Positions 7,217 to 15,008 of a stretch of DNA of 38,666 nt are shown here, one piece after another (positions within the stretch are counted from its first letter, which is position 1; every line of letters begins with the position of its first letter). Position numbers and translations under genes: made by a program. Below the pieces are notes generated by a model. The model worked only from the letters and a program-made list of their open reading frames with translations. It ran no database searches and was not told where the DNA came from. The stretch is from a virus: the IMG/VR virus record IMGVR_UViG_3300045988_063822. One strand, written 5' to 3'.

Positions 7217-7280
7217 ACCCCTGCTAAGGGAGTAGTCGTCTAAAAAGCGAGCGAGAGTTCGAATCTCTCCTTCCGCGCCA
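7217..7280 (+). other. attP core: the 3' portion of a tRNA-Ser(GCT) (anticodon loop, long variable arm, T-arm, acceptor 3' strand and CCA). It is not a complete tRNA.
   Basis: cccCTGCTAAggg anticodon stem-loop, gagaGTTCGAATCtctc T-arm, then cttccgcgCCA. The matching 5' acceptor strand gcggaag is absent upstream. The integrase gene lies about 100 bp away. Confidence 0.75.
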
Positions 7281-7282
7281 AA

Positions 7283-7326
7283 GTACCCGGAAACAGCGTA
7301 AAAACGTTGTTTCCGGGTACTTTTTT
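7283..7326 (+). terminator. Rho-independent terminator immediately after the tRNA 3' fragment.
   Basis: 13-bp stem gtacccggaaaca (7283-7295) / tgtttccgggtac (7308-7320), followed by TTTTTT (7321-7326). Confidence 0.75.
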
Positions 7327-7377
7327 GCTTTTATAGTTTGAAATGCGGCTCTGTACAAAATGGAGCAAAAGTGGCGC

Positions 7378-8553
7378 CTAATCGTGCTCTGAGGCATCAA
7401 CACTTGCCCCGTGTGTAACATTATGTGCAACATCATTTTTCCCTGTATTTGGTGCTCCGGGCATTTGATTCACGGCAGCGGCCATGCTGGACATATCCGG
7501 GTGGATATAGCGCTGCGTCGTGGTATACTTGCTGTGCCGCATGATCTCCTGAATCACGGACGGTGCGATATTTTGCAGTGCCAGCGCCGTGGCCGTCGTG
7601 TGGCGGCAGGAATACGGGACAAGCCGCCGCACCCCCGCTTGCTCAAGGGCCTCATAATAGCGCGTGTAAAATGTCTGCTCCATCATAGGACAAAAATTCC
7701 CGACGCGAGATTTATTCTCCTCGCAGAGCTGCCGGATGACCGGCGCGAGAAAGTCCGGAAATACCATGGGTGTCTCTTTGCGCTTTTTTGTTTTGATGCC
7801 GCTTTTGACGATCTCGTTGCGTTCAAAGTCGATGCAGGCTTTTTTGAGCCCGCGCAGCTCCCCGGGCATCATGCCTGTGTAGATCATGGTGAGGATATAG
7901 CCGACAAAGTGATTTGTGAGATACGCCTTCCATAGTTTTTTGATCTCGTCGTCTGTAAACGGCTCCGGCGGGGTCTCGATCAGCTCCGGGAGCGTGATGT
8001 ATTTTGAGAGGTTTACCGTCACAGCTTTCTCAGCCAGAGCCAGATTAAAGCAATGCGAGAGCAGCGTCTTCATGTCCTTCCGCGTATAGTATGTGCTGGC
8101 CTCGCGGTCAACGACTTCCTGGATCTGATGGATGACCAGGTTGTCCATCTCAATATCTGCCAAGGAGGACAGGCGCTCATAGGCTTTTCGCATGGCGGCC
8201 TGTTTGTCGCGGGACAGTTTTTTGTATTTGCCTGCCTTGTAAGTCACCCAGTATTCCCGCAGCGTGGGTGCGGCCGGCGTTGGCTTCGGTGGGTCTGACG
8301 CATAAGCGAGGGCGGCCCGTTTGGTCTTGAAGCCGCCCTTCGTCTTTACGGTCCGCCGCAGTTTCCCGTCCTCATCCAGATAGGAGCCTGTGCTCCACTT
8401 GGCTGTCCATGTGGCGCCGCGCTTGTAGGCGGTGCCCTGTCCATTGCCGCGAGACCGTATCCCGCCGCGCATGGCCGCGGTCTCCTGCTTCGCGCCACAC
8501 TGGGCGCAGAATGGGCCGTCCGGAACGTCTTGTTTGCATTTGCGGCAGATCAT
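7378..8553 (-). CDS. int: Tyrosine-type site-specific integrase with an N-terminal zinc-ribbon.
   Basis: C-terminal catalytic signature ...YSCRHTTATALAL...IMRHSKYTTTQRYIHP. N-terminal CRKCKQDVPDGPFCAQCG. Adjacent to the tRNA-derived attP. Confidence 0.9.
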   Translation of the reverse strand: MICRKCKQDVPDGPFCAQCGAKQETAAMRGGIRSRGNGQGTAYKRGATWTAKWSTGSYLDEDGKLRRTVKTKGGFKTKRAALAYASDPPKPTPAAPTLREYWVTYKAGKYKKLSRDKQAAMRKAYERLSSLADIEMDNLVIHQIQEVVDREASTYYTRKDMKTLLSHCFNLALAEKAVTVNLSKYITLPELIETPPEPFTDDEIKKLWKAYLTNHFVGYILTMIYTGMMPGELRGLKKACIDFERNEIVKSGIKTKKRKETPMVFPDFLAPVIRQLCEENKSRVGNFCPMMEQTFYTRYYEALEQAGVRRLVPYSCRHTTATALALQNIAPSVIQEIMRHSKYTTTQRYIHPDMSSMAAAVNQMPGAPNTGKNDVAHNVTHGASVDASEHD

Positions 8554-8557
8554 AGCG

Positions 8558-9016
8558 TCACCCCCAATAGCGGAGACGGCTTGCAGCCATCAGATGGTCG
8601 CGCACCCAGCCGATCTTTGGACTGAGCAGATCGACGAGCAGGAGTATCCCGGCCAGAAATACAATGCCGAGCAGCGCGGCGATGATCTTTCGCTTTAACT
8701 TCATGGATTGCTGGCAGAACGCGACTGTTTGACGTAGGTGCTCAATTTCCTTCTGTGCGTCGTGAAGCTCCTGCGGGATATCAGATTCCGGTGGAACATC
8801 ATCCGGATGGATGTCAAAAAAGCGGTCGAGCGAGATATGCAGGAGGCGACAGACAGGGCCTACGGTGTCGATTCCTGGATTTAATATTTCACCGCGCATG
8901 AATTGACCAATGTTCTTCAGAGACTTTCCGGAGGCGTTAGCCAAATCTTGATAGGTCATGTTCGGATAGCGGCTTTCCTTCTTGTTTCGACAAATTTCAG
9001 ACAAATCTTGTTTCAA
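8558..9016 (-). CDS. Membrane-anchored XRE-family HTH protein. The start is uncertain: TTG 9016 or 9034, ATG 8959, or TTG 9115 for the longest ORF.
   Basis: HTH segment YQDLANASGKSLKNIGQFMRGEILNPGIDTVGPVCRLLHISLDRFF plus a C-terminal TM segment IIAALLGIVFLAGILLLVDLL. AGGAAG lies 6 nt before TTG 9016. Confidence 0.6.
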   Translation of the reverse strand: MKQDLSEICRNKKESRYPNMTYQDLANASGKSLKNIGQFMRGEILNPGIDTVGPVCRLLHISLDRFFDIHPDDVPPESDIPQELHDAQKEIEHLRQTVAFCQQSMKLKRKIIAALLGIVFLAGILLLVDLLSPKIGWVRDHLMAASRLRYWG

Positions 9017-9187
9017 AAAACGACTTCCTTTCAAAAAAAGCACTTTTATGGGAACAAAAAAGGAAATTACGGTTCTCGACAAATCACCTTCCCGGGGTGT
9101 AATCTGTACTTGCAAGCAGCTCCCACACGCTTGCAGCGGCCAAAAAGCCCCGCCGTCGATGGGATGATCGACGACGGGGTGATCCCA

Positions 9188-10066
9188 TCACAACTGTATG
9201 CTCCATTCGCCAACAGCCTTAACTACCAAAAGTGTTGGTGTCCCAGAAATCAAGACAGTTCCGTTGTAAACCTCGGTTGTATTAACCAGCAAATCGCCAC
9301 CAACGCCATACGTCCACACCGCGAAGTGATGCTCTCCAGCATTGCCGGAGATATGTGCTGTTGTCCCGTAACTTTTGATCAAGAGAACAGCGTCTCCATA
9401 ACCGGAATAGCTGGTGTCTGCACTGATGCTGCCTGTATCGTAAATAGATCGCAGTTCGATTTTCCATGCTCCGCTGGCTTTTACCTCTATCGACGCTACA
9501 TCGTAGCTCGGGTCTATTGTAAACCCGCTATACGCTTCTGTGGTGTTGACCAGCAACTCTCCATATTCCCCCGCTGAATTGTATGTAGTCACTGAAAAGT
9601 GTTTCGCATCACTATTCCCTGTAATGTAAAATGCAAACGGATAATCAGGGGTAACGATGGATAGCACATCGTCTCCATAACCTTCAAGGATTCGCGGCTT
9701 TGGTATATCTACTGGAATCTGCATATCATTTTGCACGTTCTGTGACTGCTGCTGATATTCGCCCTGTATGGTCGGCGTAGTCATCGCTGTATCTGGCTCA
9801 TTCGTTTTTGCGTTTAATCGTATTGTCCCAATTATACTGCCACCGATTGGAACTGCGGCAAGCACTGCCACAACCAAAAACAACGGTATTTGATACAGTT
9901 TTCGAGCCGACACGGCTTTGCAGTATTTTGCAGTCCGCACAACGCCAATCAGCGGAAGGACGATACCGAGCAGATACACATGCCACACAAGCATGAAAAG
10001 GCCCAAAATGATTAGTATTACATACAGATACACGTTTTTCCCATTGCCATTATCTTTTGCGCTCAT
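9188..10066 (-). CDS. Membrane protein with two tandem extracellular repeat domains of about 85 aa each; possible superinfection-exclusion or lysogenic-conversion protein.
   Basis: RBS ggaggag upstream of ATG 10066. N-terminal TM segments are present. Internal duplication: GYGDDVL...FYITGNSDAKHFSVTTYNSAGEYGELLVNTTEAYSG...VKASGAWKIEL versus GYGDAVL...AHISGNAGEHHFAVWTYGVGGDLLVNTTEVYNG...VKAVGEWSIQL. The gene is AT-richer than its surroundings. Confidence 0.6.
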   Translation of the reverse strand: MSAKDNGNGKNVYLYVILIILGLFMLVWHVYLLGIVLPLIGVVRTAKYCKAVSARKLYQIPLFLVVAVLAAVPIGGSIIGTIRLNAKTNEPDTAMTTPTIQGEYQQQSQNVQNDMQIPVDIPKPRILEGYGDDVLSIVTPDYPFAFYITGNSDAKHFSVTTYNSAGEYGELLVNTTEAYSGFTIDPSYDVASIEVKASGAWKIELRSIYDTGSISADTSYSGYGDAVLLIKSYGTTAHISGNAGEHHFAVWTYGVGGDLLVNTTEVYNGTVLISGTPTLLVVKAVGEWSIQL

Positions 10067-10224
10067 CCGTTTCTCCTCCAGTTGAAAACTATTGTGTGCA
10101 AAGTTCAAAACCTTGCGATATAATTTTTATACGACCATCAAATTATGAGGGATTGAGAAAGAAAGGAAGTGCTTAGGAATGACCGACCTGCTCCAGGAAT
10201 TGATGTCGCTCACACCGGAAGGAC

Positions 10225-10557
10225 TTAGTCGTTTTGCCGGGTATATCGCTGCCTTAAAAACGCGAGATAAGAGCGAGCCTCAGCCTGAGCATCCGGCGGA
10301 AGCTCCATAAATTCTTTTGCTACTTTGTAGACCTCATCGGGTACTCCGGTGAGGTTTTCTTTTTTGTCGTCGCTGTCATCAATCAAGTAATCGACGGATA
10401 CGCCAAAAAAGTCGGCAATCATTTTCCAGATTTTCATTCCTGGATCGTACTTCCCTGTCTCGTATCCGGAGATTGCTGCCTGTGATAAATTCAGCGCCTC
10501 CGCCAGTTCTTTTTGATTCAGCCCCTTGCTCAAACGGACTTGCTTCAGACGATTCAT
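10225..10557 (-). CDS. CI-like XRE-family repressor.
   Basis: LKQVRLSKGLNQKELAEALNLSQAAISGYETGKYDPGMKIWKMIADFFGVSVDYL. It is divergent from a cro-like gene across an operator-bearing intergenic region. An alternative GTG start exists at 10566. Confidence 0.8.
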   Translation of the reverse strand: MNRLKQVRLSKGLNQKELAEALNLSQAAISGYETGKYDPGMKIWKMIADFFGVSVDYLIDDSDDKKENLTGVPDEVYKVAKEFMELPPDAQAEARSYLAFLRQRYTRQND

Positions 10558-10575
10558 GGCCCTCACCTCGTTTAT

Positions 10576-10584
10576 ATTATATCA
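10576..10584 (-). promoter_or_regulatory. Candidate extended -10 element (TGATATAAT) for the leftward repressor transcript.
   Basis: The reverse complement of attatatca reads TGaTATAAT, about 20 nt upstream of the repressor start. Confidence 0.35.
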
Positions 10585-10642
10585 GCCTTTTTTATTTTTC
10601 CCACAAAAAATAAAGAAAATTTATAAAATTTGATTTTCGCTA

Positions 10643-10671
10643 TTGACATATCAAGTTACTTGATATATAAT
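10643..10671 (+). promoter_or_regulatory. Rightward early promoter with consensus -35 and -10 elements. A 19-bp palindromic operator fills the spacer.
   Basis: TTGACA (10643-10648), 17-nt spacer, TATAAT (10666-10671). The palindrome ATATCAAGT-T-ACTTGATAT spans 10648-10666. Extra half-sites ATATCAAG at 10677-10684 and CAATCAAG at 10697-10704. Confidence 0.7.
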
Positions 10672-10711
10672 CCAGAATATCAAGAAACCTTATATCCAAT
10701 CAAGACAGAAG

Positions 10712-10924
10712 GTGATTAACATTAACGGTATCAAATCCAAGCGTGTCGAAGCGGGCCTGTCGCAAAAGCAGCTCGCAGAGATCATGGGCGTCACACAGGC
10801 GGCCATTGCGAATTGGGAGACCGGCGGCGTGTATCCGCGCGCCTCACAGCTCCCGGCGCTGGCCGAGGCGCTGAACTGCACCATCGACGATCTTTACAAC
10901 GGCGGAAAGAAGGCGGGCGGATGA
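10712..10924 (+). CDS. Cro-like XRE-family HTH protein. The start (GTG 10712) is uncertain.
   Basis: GLSQKQLAEIMGVTQAAIANWETGGVYPRASQLPALAEALNCTIDDL. It is the first gene downstream of the rightward promoter. Confidence 0.75.
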   Translation: MININGIKSKRVEAGLSQKQLAEIMGVTQAAIANWETGGVYPRASQLPALAEALNCTIDDLYNGGKKAGG

Positions 10925-11103
10925 CGGACCCAAGATTGCGGCGCAAGGTCATGAGCCTAGAGCGGCGGCTCTCTGAGGCCGAGGAAAAAATCCGCGCATT
11001 GGGCTCGGTTGCCGAAACTGCAATAGAACTCTCCGCAGAACCCGCGGAAGATTTTATTGATCAGTATCTGGCTGGCTACTATGATCGGAGGTCACGCGTA
11101 TGA
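10921..11103 (+). CDS. Hypothetical small coiled-coil protein (60 aa).
   Basis: ATGA overlap with the cro-like stop. Confidence 0.45.
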   Translation: MTDPRLRRKVMSLERRLSEAEEKIRALGSVAETAIELSAEPAEDFIDQYLAGYYDRRSRV

Positions 11104-11219
11104 ACGCTCGAGAGAACGAGGAACGCCGATACCGTATCGGTATGTGGATCAAGCTGACCCTGACAGCGCTTGCGCTGATGGGGTGGATCATTGAGCTGAA
11201 AAAGCTCGGCGCATTTTGA
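11100..11219 (+). CDS. Hypothetical small membrane peptide (39 aa).
   Basis: ATGA-type overlap with the upstream stop. Hydrophobic core WIKLTLTALALMGWII. Below the ORF-track size cutoff. Confidence 0.35.
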   Translation: MNARENEERRYRIGMWIKLTLTALALMGWIIELKKLGAF

Positions 11220-11235
11220 GAAAGGAGCGAACGAT

Positions 11236-11436
11236 ATGTCATTGGAAGACCTGAAGCAAATGAATTGCATGACGATCACCCCGGCCATTGCGGCGACCTG
11301 CCTCGGATGCGATCCGCAGTGGATCAGACTGGCGGCGCGCCAGCGGCCGGAGCTGCTCGGCTTCCCGGTCTGCTGTGTCGGGAGCCGCGTGAAGATTCCG
11401 CGCCTGCCGTTCATCCGGTTTTTGGAGGGCGCATGA
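11236..11436 (+). CDS. Excisionase-like / MerR-superfamily HTH_17-like DNA-binding protein.
   Basis: RBS aaaggag. ITPAIAATCLGCDPQWIRLAAR...GFPVCCVGSRVKIPRLPFIRFL matches the typical Xis-type winged-helix pattern. Confidence 0.5.
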   Translation: MSLEDLKQMNCMTITPAIAATCLGCDPQWIRLAARQRPELLGFPVCCVGSRVKIPRLPFIRFLEGA

Positions 11437-11478
11437 TCTCCCCCACTGATATTATCCCACCAAAGGAGTGAGAAATCC

Positions 11479-11925
11479 ATGCAGGAAGCATACATCAATA
11501 TCTGCGCGGGGTGTCGGAAAAAGGCACATAAGACGCAGGAGCAGTGGGCAGAAGTGCTGCGCGTGTCGGTCGAGACGGTCAAGGCCTGGGAAGGCAATCA
11601 CCGTATCCCGGACAACTATCATGTCTGCCTGATGGTCAATGCCTGCGGCGATACCTGGTTCGCGTACAAGCACCTTTTGCAGACCTCGGACAGCCTGAAT
11701 GTGCTGCCGGATATGAAGCGTCAGCCGCTTCCGCTGGCCGTGATCCAGCTGGTCAACCGCATCATCGGCTTTGCCGACCGGAACCGCGACAAGGAGCTGC
11801 TGCGCATCGCCGAGGACGGCGTGATCGACACCGCCGAGCGGCCGGCCTACGACCAGATCGTGAACGAGCTGAACGACATCATCGCGGCGGCCTACACGCT
11901 GCGCTATGCGGAGGATTCGGAATGA
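11479..11925 (+). CDS. HTH-containing early regulatory protein (XRE-like N-terminus).
   Basis: RBS aaaggag. KTQEQWAEVLRVSVETVKAWEGNHRIP. Confidence 0.5.
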   Translation: MQEAYINICAGCRKKAHKTQEQWAEVLRVSVETVKAWEGNHRIPDNYHVCLMVNACGDTWFAYKHLLQTSDSLNVLPDMKRQPLPLAVIQLVNRIIGFADRNRDKELLRIAEDGVIDTAERPAYDQIVNELNDIIAAAYTLRYAEDSE

Positions 11926-12025
11926 AAAGGGCAGAAAAAAAGAGCCGCCCGGCTGCTGCGAACAACCGAGCGACTGCGTATCCCGTGAACGAGACACTTG
12001 AAAGCATCTTCAGTATATCATCAGA

Positions 12026-12829
12026 ATGTTTGTTTTGCAAGGGGGTGAATCGATTTTGAGCGAAGATTTTCGCGCCTTCTGGTCGGTCATCCCGGCCACG
12101 GTGCTGGATGATATGTCCATCCCGGCCAATGCGAAGATCCTCTATGGGGTGCTGTCGTCGCTGATGCGGCGCGAGGGTTATTGCTGGCCGAGCAATGCGC
12201 AGCTTGCCGAGGCGATGCACTGCTCCGAGGACGTGGTCAAACGATGGGTGTCGGCGCTGGCCGAGGCCGGACATATCCGTGTCCGCATCGAGCCGAACCG
12301 AAAGGTCGGCGGCAAGATCCGCTATATCTCGCCAGTGCTGGCAGAGCCGTCCATTTCTCCCTCGCGGGATGGGTACGGGGACGAATGTCCCGGTACGTAC
12401 GGGGATAAACTTCCCCGGGTAGGGGGACAAAATTCCCCGTCTATATATAAGGATGGATATAAAAAAGAGAATAAAAAGAAAAAGGAAAAAGAAAAGCCGC
12501 AATCGGCTGACGCCGTTGCGTCCGCGCTCCTGTATAAATGCGAGCTGAACGGTCAGCCGCTGGTGGATGCCATGCAGCGGTTTTTGCAAATGCGCGTTGA
12601 GATCAAAAAGCCCGTCAAGTCCATGCAGGCTGCTTCCATGCTTTGGAACAAGCTCGTCAAGCTGTCTACCGGTGACCCGGACTACATGGTCGCCCTGCTG
12701 GATAAGGCGACTGAGCGGCAATGGCTGAGTCTGTTCCCGCTGAAGAATGACGAGCTGCCGCAGAACCGGCAGGCTGTCCCGGCTGATAATGCCGGGCGCG
12801 TGGATCTCAGCGGCGTGGAGTTCGTGTGA
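12026..12829 (+). CDS. Replication initiator / replisome organiser: winged-helix N-terminus, Lys-rich linker, C-terminal domain. An alternative TTG start exists at 12056.
   Basis: IPANAKILYGVLSSLMRREGYCWPSNAQLAEAMHCSEDVVKRWVSALAEAGHI. It sits immediately upstream of DnaB with overlapping stop and start codons. Confidence 0.6.
   Translation: MFVLQGGESILSEDFRAFWSVIPATVLDDMSIPANAKILYGVLSSLMRREGYCWPSNAQLAEAMHCSEDVVKRWVSALAEAGHIRVRIEPNRKVGGKIRYISPVLAEPSISPSRDGYGDECPGTYGDKLPRVGGQNSPSIYKDGYKKENKKKKEKEKPQSADAVASALLYKCELNGQPLVDAMQRFLQMRVEIKKPVKSMQAASMLWNKLVKLSTGDPDYMVALLDKATERQWLSLFPLKNDELPQNRQAVPADNAGRVDLSGVEFV
12373..12500. promoter_or_regulatory. Candidate origin of replication inside the initiator gene: GGGGA-type iterons followed by an AT-rich tract.
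   Basis: gtacgggga occurs at 12373-12381 and 12397-12405. ttccccg occurs at 12411-17 and 12433-39. gggggac at 12422-28. These are followed by ctatatataaggatggatataaaaaagagaataaaaagaaaaaggaaaaagaaaag. Confidence 0.45.
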
Positions 12830-14196
12830 TGGCCAGCAAACAAGATGCGCTGATCAGCGCACAGACCTCCGTCCTCGGCTCGATGATCATCGATTCGCGC
12901 TGCGTCCCCGTCGTGATGGAGACGATCAAGGAGGACTATTTCACGGTCGGCCAGTATCGGACGATTTTCAACGCGATCCGTGCGCTGGCTGGTGAGGGAC
13001 GTCCGATCGATGCCGTGACGGTGCTCGACCGGGCTGGAAAAGCCTACGCCGACCTGATCGGCCAGATCATCACGGTCACGCCGACCGCCGCCAATGTCCG
13101 CGAGTATTGCCGTATCCTGCGGAGCGAGGCCCGCTTGCAGCTGCTCAAGGACGCAGCCGGCGCAATGCTCGACGCGGAGGACGAAGACGAGATCCGCAGG
13201 GCACTGGATCAGGTCAACCGCATCATGGTCGACAAGCCTGGCATCCGAGCCATGAATATGGCGCAGGCCCTGGAAGATTTCTACCGGCGGCACGATCCAT
13301 CCGTCAAGCCGGACTTTCTCCCGTGGAAGTTTGCCAAGCTCAACAAATACCTCCGGACGGAGCCCGGAGACCTCATCTACATCGGCGGCTATCCCTCGGA
13401 CGGCAAGACCACGCTTGCACTGCACACGGCCCGAGAGCAGGCAAAAACCAAAAAGGTCGGGTTCTTCAGCTATGAAACAAACTGTGGGAAGCTGGCAGAC
13501 GCGATGGTCTGCGCTGCCGCGCAGATCGGCCTGCCAACCATCCAACTCAACAAACTCGGCGAAAACGAGTGGGACGAACTGGCCTACATTTCCACAGATT
13601 TCACGGGGCGCAACCTCGACATCATTGAGGCCGCGGGCATGACGGTCACGGACATCCGTCTCTATACCATGGCGCACCACTACGACGTGATCTACATCGA
13701 CTATGTCCAGCTCATCCCGGCCAGCGGGAAAAGCCGCTGGGAACAGGAGGATTTCCAGCGGGTCAGCGCGAACAGCCGCGCGCTCAAGCTCTTCGGCCTC
13801 CAGTGCGGTGTGACGATCGTGGCCCTCAGCCAGATGACGAGGCCGCAGCGCAACAAGGACGGCATGATCCCGCCGCCGACAATGTCCAGCCTCCGCAGCA
13901 CTGGCCAGATTGAGCAGGACGCGGACGCCGTTCTCCTGATGTTCCGCGAGGATCAAAAGGCAAAGGATGCCGACCGCATCATCACCTTCGGCAAGATCAA
14001 GACCGGCGCAGCCGGCGGTTCATTCAAGCTCCATTTCGACGGCGAAATGCAGACGTTCAGCGATAAGCCGAACGAGCGCAAGCAGCGCCGCGAGGAAGTG
14101 CAGCAACAGACGAAAATGCAGGAATTCCGGGAACTTCCAAAAAGCGAACCGCTCCCGGATGATTTCCCGTTTGAACGAAAGGAAGAAAACACATGA
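12829..14196 (+). CDS. dnaB: Replicative DNA helicase, DnaB family.
   Basis: N-terminal DnaB domain (SVLGSMIIDSRCV...), Walker A GGYPSDGKTTLAL, Walker B VIYIDYVQLI, then LSQMTR and SLRSTGQIEQDADAV. Confidence 0.9.
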   Translation: MASKQDALISAQTSVLGSMIIDSRCVPVVMETIKEDYFTVGQYRTIFNAIRALAGEGRPIDAVTVLDRAGKAYADLIGQIITVTPTAANVREYCRILRSEARLQLLKDAAGAMLDAEDEDEIRRALDQVNRIMVDKPGIRAMNMAQALEDFYRRHDPSVKPDFLPWKFAKLNKYLRTEPGDLIYIGGYPSDGKTTLALHTAREQAKTKKVGFFSYETNCGKLADAMVCAAAQIGLPTIQLNKLGENEWDELAYISTDFTGRNLDIIEAAGMTVTDIRLYTMAHHYDVIYIDYVQLIPASGKSRWEQEDFQRVSANSRALKLFGLQCGVTIVALSQMTRPQRNKDGMIPPPTMSSLRSTGQIEQDADAVLLMFREDQKAKDADRIITFGKIKTGAAGGSFKLHFDGEMQTFSDKPNERKQRREEVQQQTKMQEFRELPKSEPLPDDFPFERKEENT

Positions 14197-15008
14197 AAGC
14201 AATCGCAATCCTGAATCTGAAAGGCGGCGTCGGAAAGACCGTCACTGCCGTCAACATGGCCCACATCCTGGCCGCCGATCACAAACAGCGTGTGCTCCTG
14301 GTTGACTGCGACAGCCAGTGCAACGCGACGGAGTTCTTCGGTGTGCGGCCCGGCATGGGAACGGTCACACTGGCCGACATTCTGCGCGGCGACTTCGAGC
14401 CGTACGTCTCGGAGCTGGTCACTGGCACGGATTATCCCGGCGTCGACGTGATCCCCGGCTCCGATGAGCTGATGGACATGGATATGTCCCAAATCACGAG
14501 TCAGCGTGTCAACGGCCGCGTCCTTGCGGATCTGTGCTACACAATCGGTGAGGATGACGAGTACGACTACGTCCTGTTCGACTGCCCGCCGGCCTTTAAT
14601 GCAGCGAGCGCCGCAGCGCTCCTGGCTGCGGATGAGGTCATCATCCCGATCAAGCTCGACGCCTTTTCCATCCGAGGGTTGGCCAATGTCAGCCGCCAGA
14701 TTGACAACATGCAGCGCATCAATCCCAAGATCCGCGTTGCCGGGGCGCTCATCACGATGTGGCGCAACGTGCCCGTCGTGCTGGAGGCCGAGGGCAGTCT
14801 CCGCGACTGCGGCCTGCTGCCGGTATTTCAGACGGTCATTCGCCGCACTGACAAGGTCGACGAGATGACCTTCGAGCGCAAACCCATCGCCATCTATTCC
14901 CCGCGCAGCGCCGCCGGCTATGATTACCGCAGTTTTGTGCAGGAGTATTTGGAGCCGCCCGTCACAATGGACGATATGCTGAGAGGAGGCGTTGACCGTG
15001 CCGTTTGA
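14193..15008 (+). CDS. parA: ParA/Soj-family ATPase.
   Basis: Deviant Walker A: MKAIAILNLKGGVGKTVTAVNMA. Also LLVDCDSQCNAT and VLFDCPPA. Confidence 0.85.
   Translation: MKAIAILNLKGGVGKTVTAVNMAHILAADHKQRVLLVDCDSQCNATEFFGVRPGMGTVTLADILRGDFEPYVSELVTGTDYPGVDVIPGSDELMDMDMSQITSQRVNGRVLADLCYTIGEDDEYDYVLFDCPPAFNAASAAALLAADEVIIPIKLDAFSIRGLANVSRQIDNMQRINPKIRVAGALITMWRNVPVVLEAEGSLRDCGLLPVFQTVIRRTDKVDEMTFERKPIAIYSPRSAAGYDYRSFVQEYLEPPVTMDDMLRGGVDRAV

Noticed and set aside
7217-7280. A complete tRNA-Ser gene.
   Set aside because: Only the segment from the anticodon loop to CCA is present. The sequence upstream (aattataaattaca...) cannot form the acceptor 5' strand or a D-arm. It is interpreted as an attP core.
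10179-10310. 43-codon plus-strand ORF (MTDLLQELMSLTPEGLSRFAGYIAALKTRDK...) antisense to the repressor 3' end, preceded by a TATAAT-like string at 10119-10124.
   Set aside because: Its resemblance to the repressor C-terminus (YLAFLRQRY versus YIAALKTRD) comes from a quasi-palindromic DNA stretch read on both strands. It is short, has only a weak RBS, and has no independent support. An antisense RNA role remains possible but unsupported.
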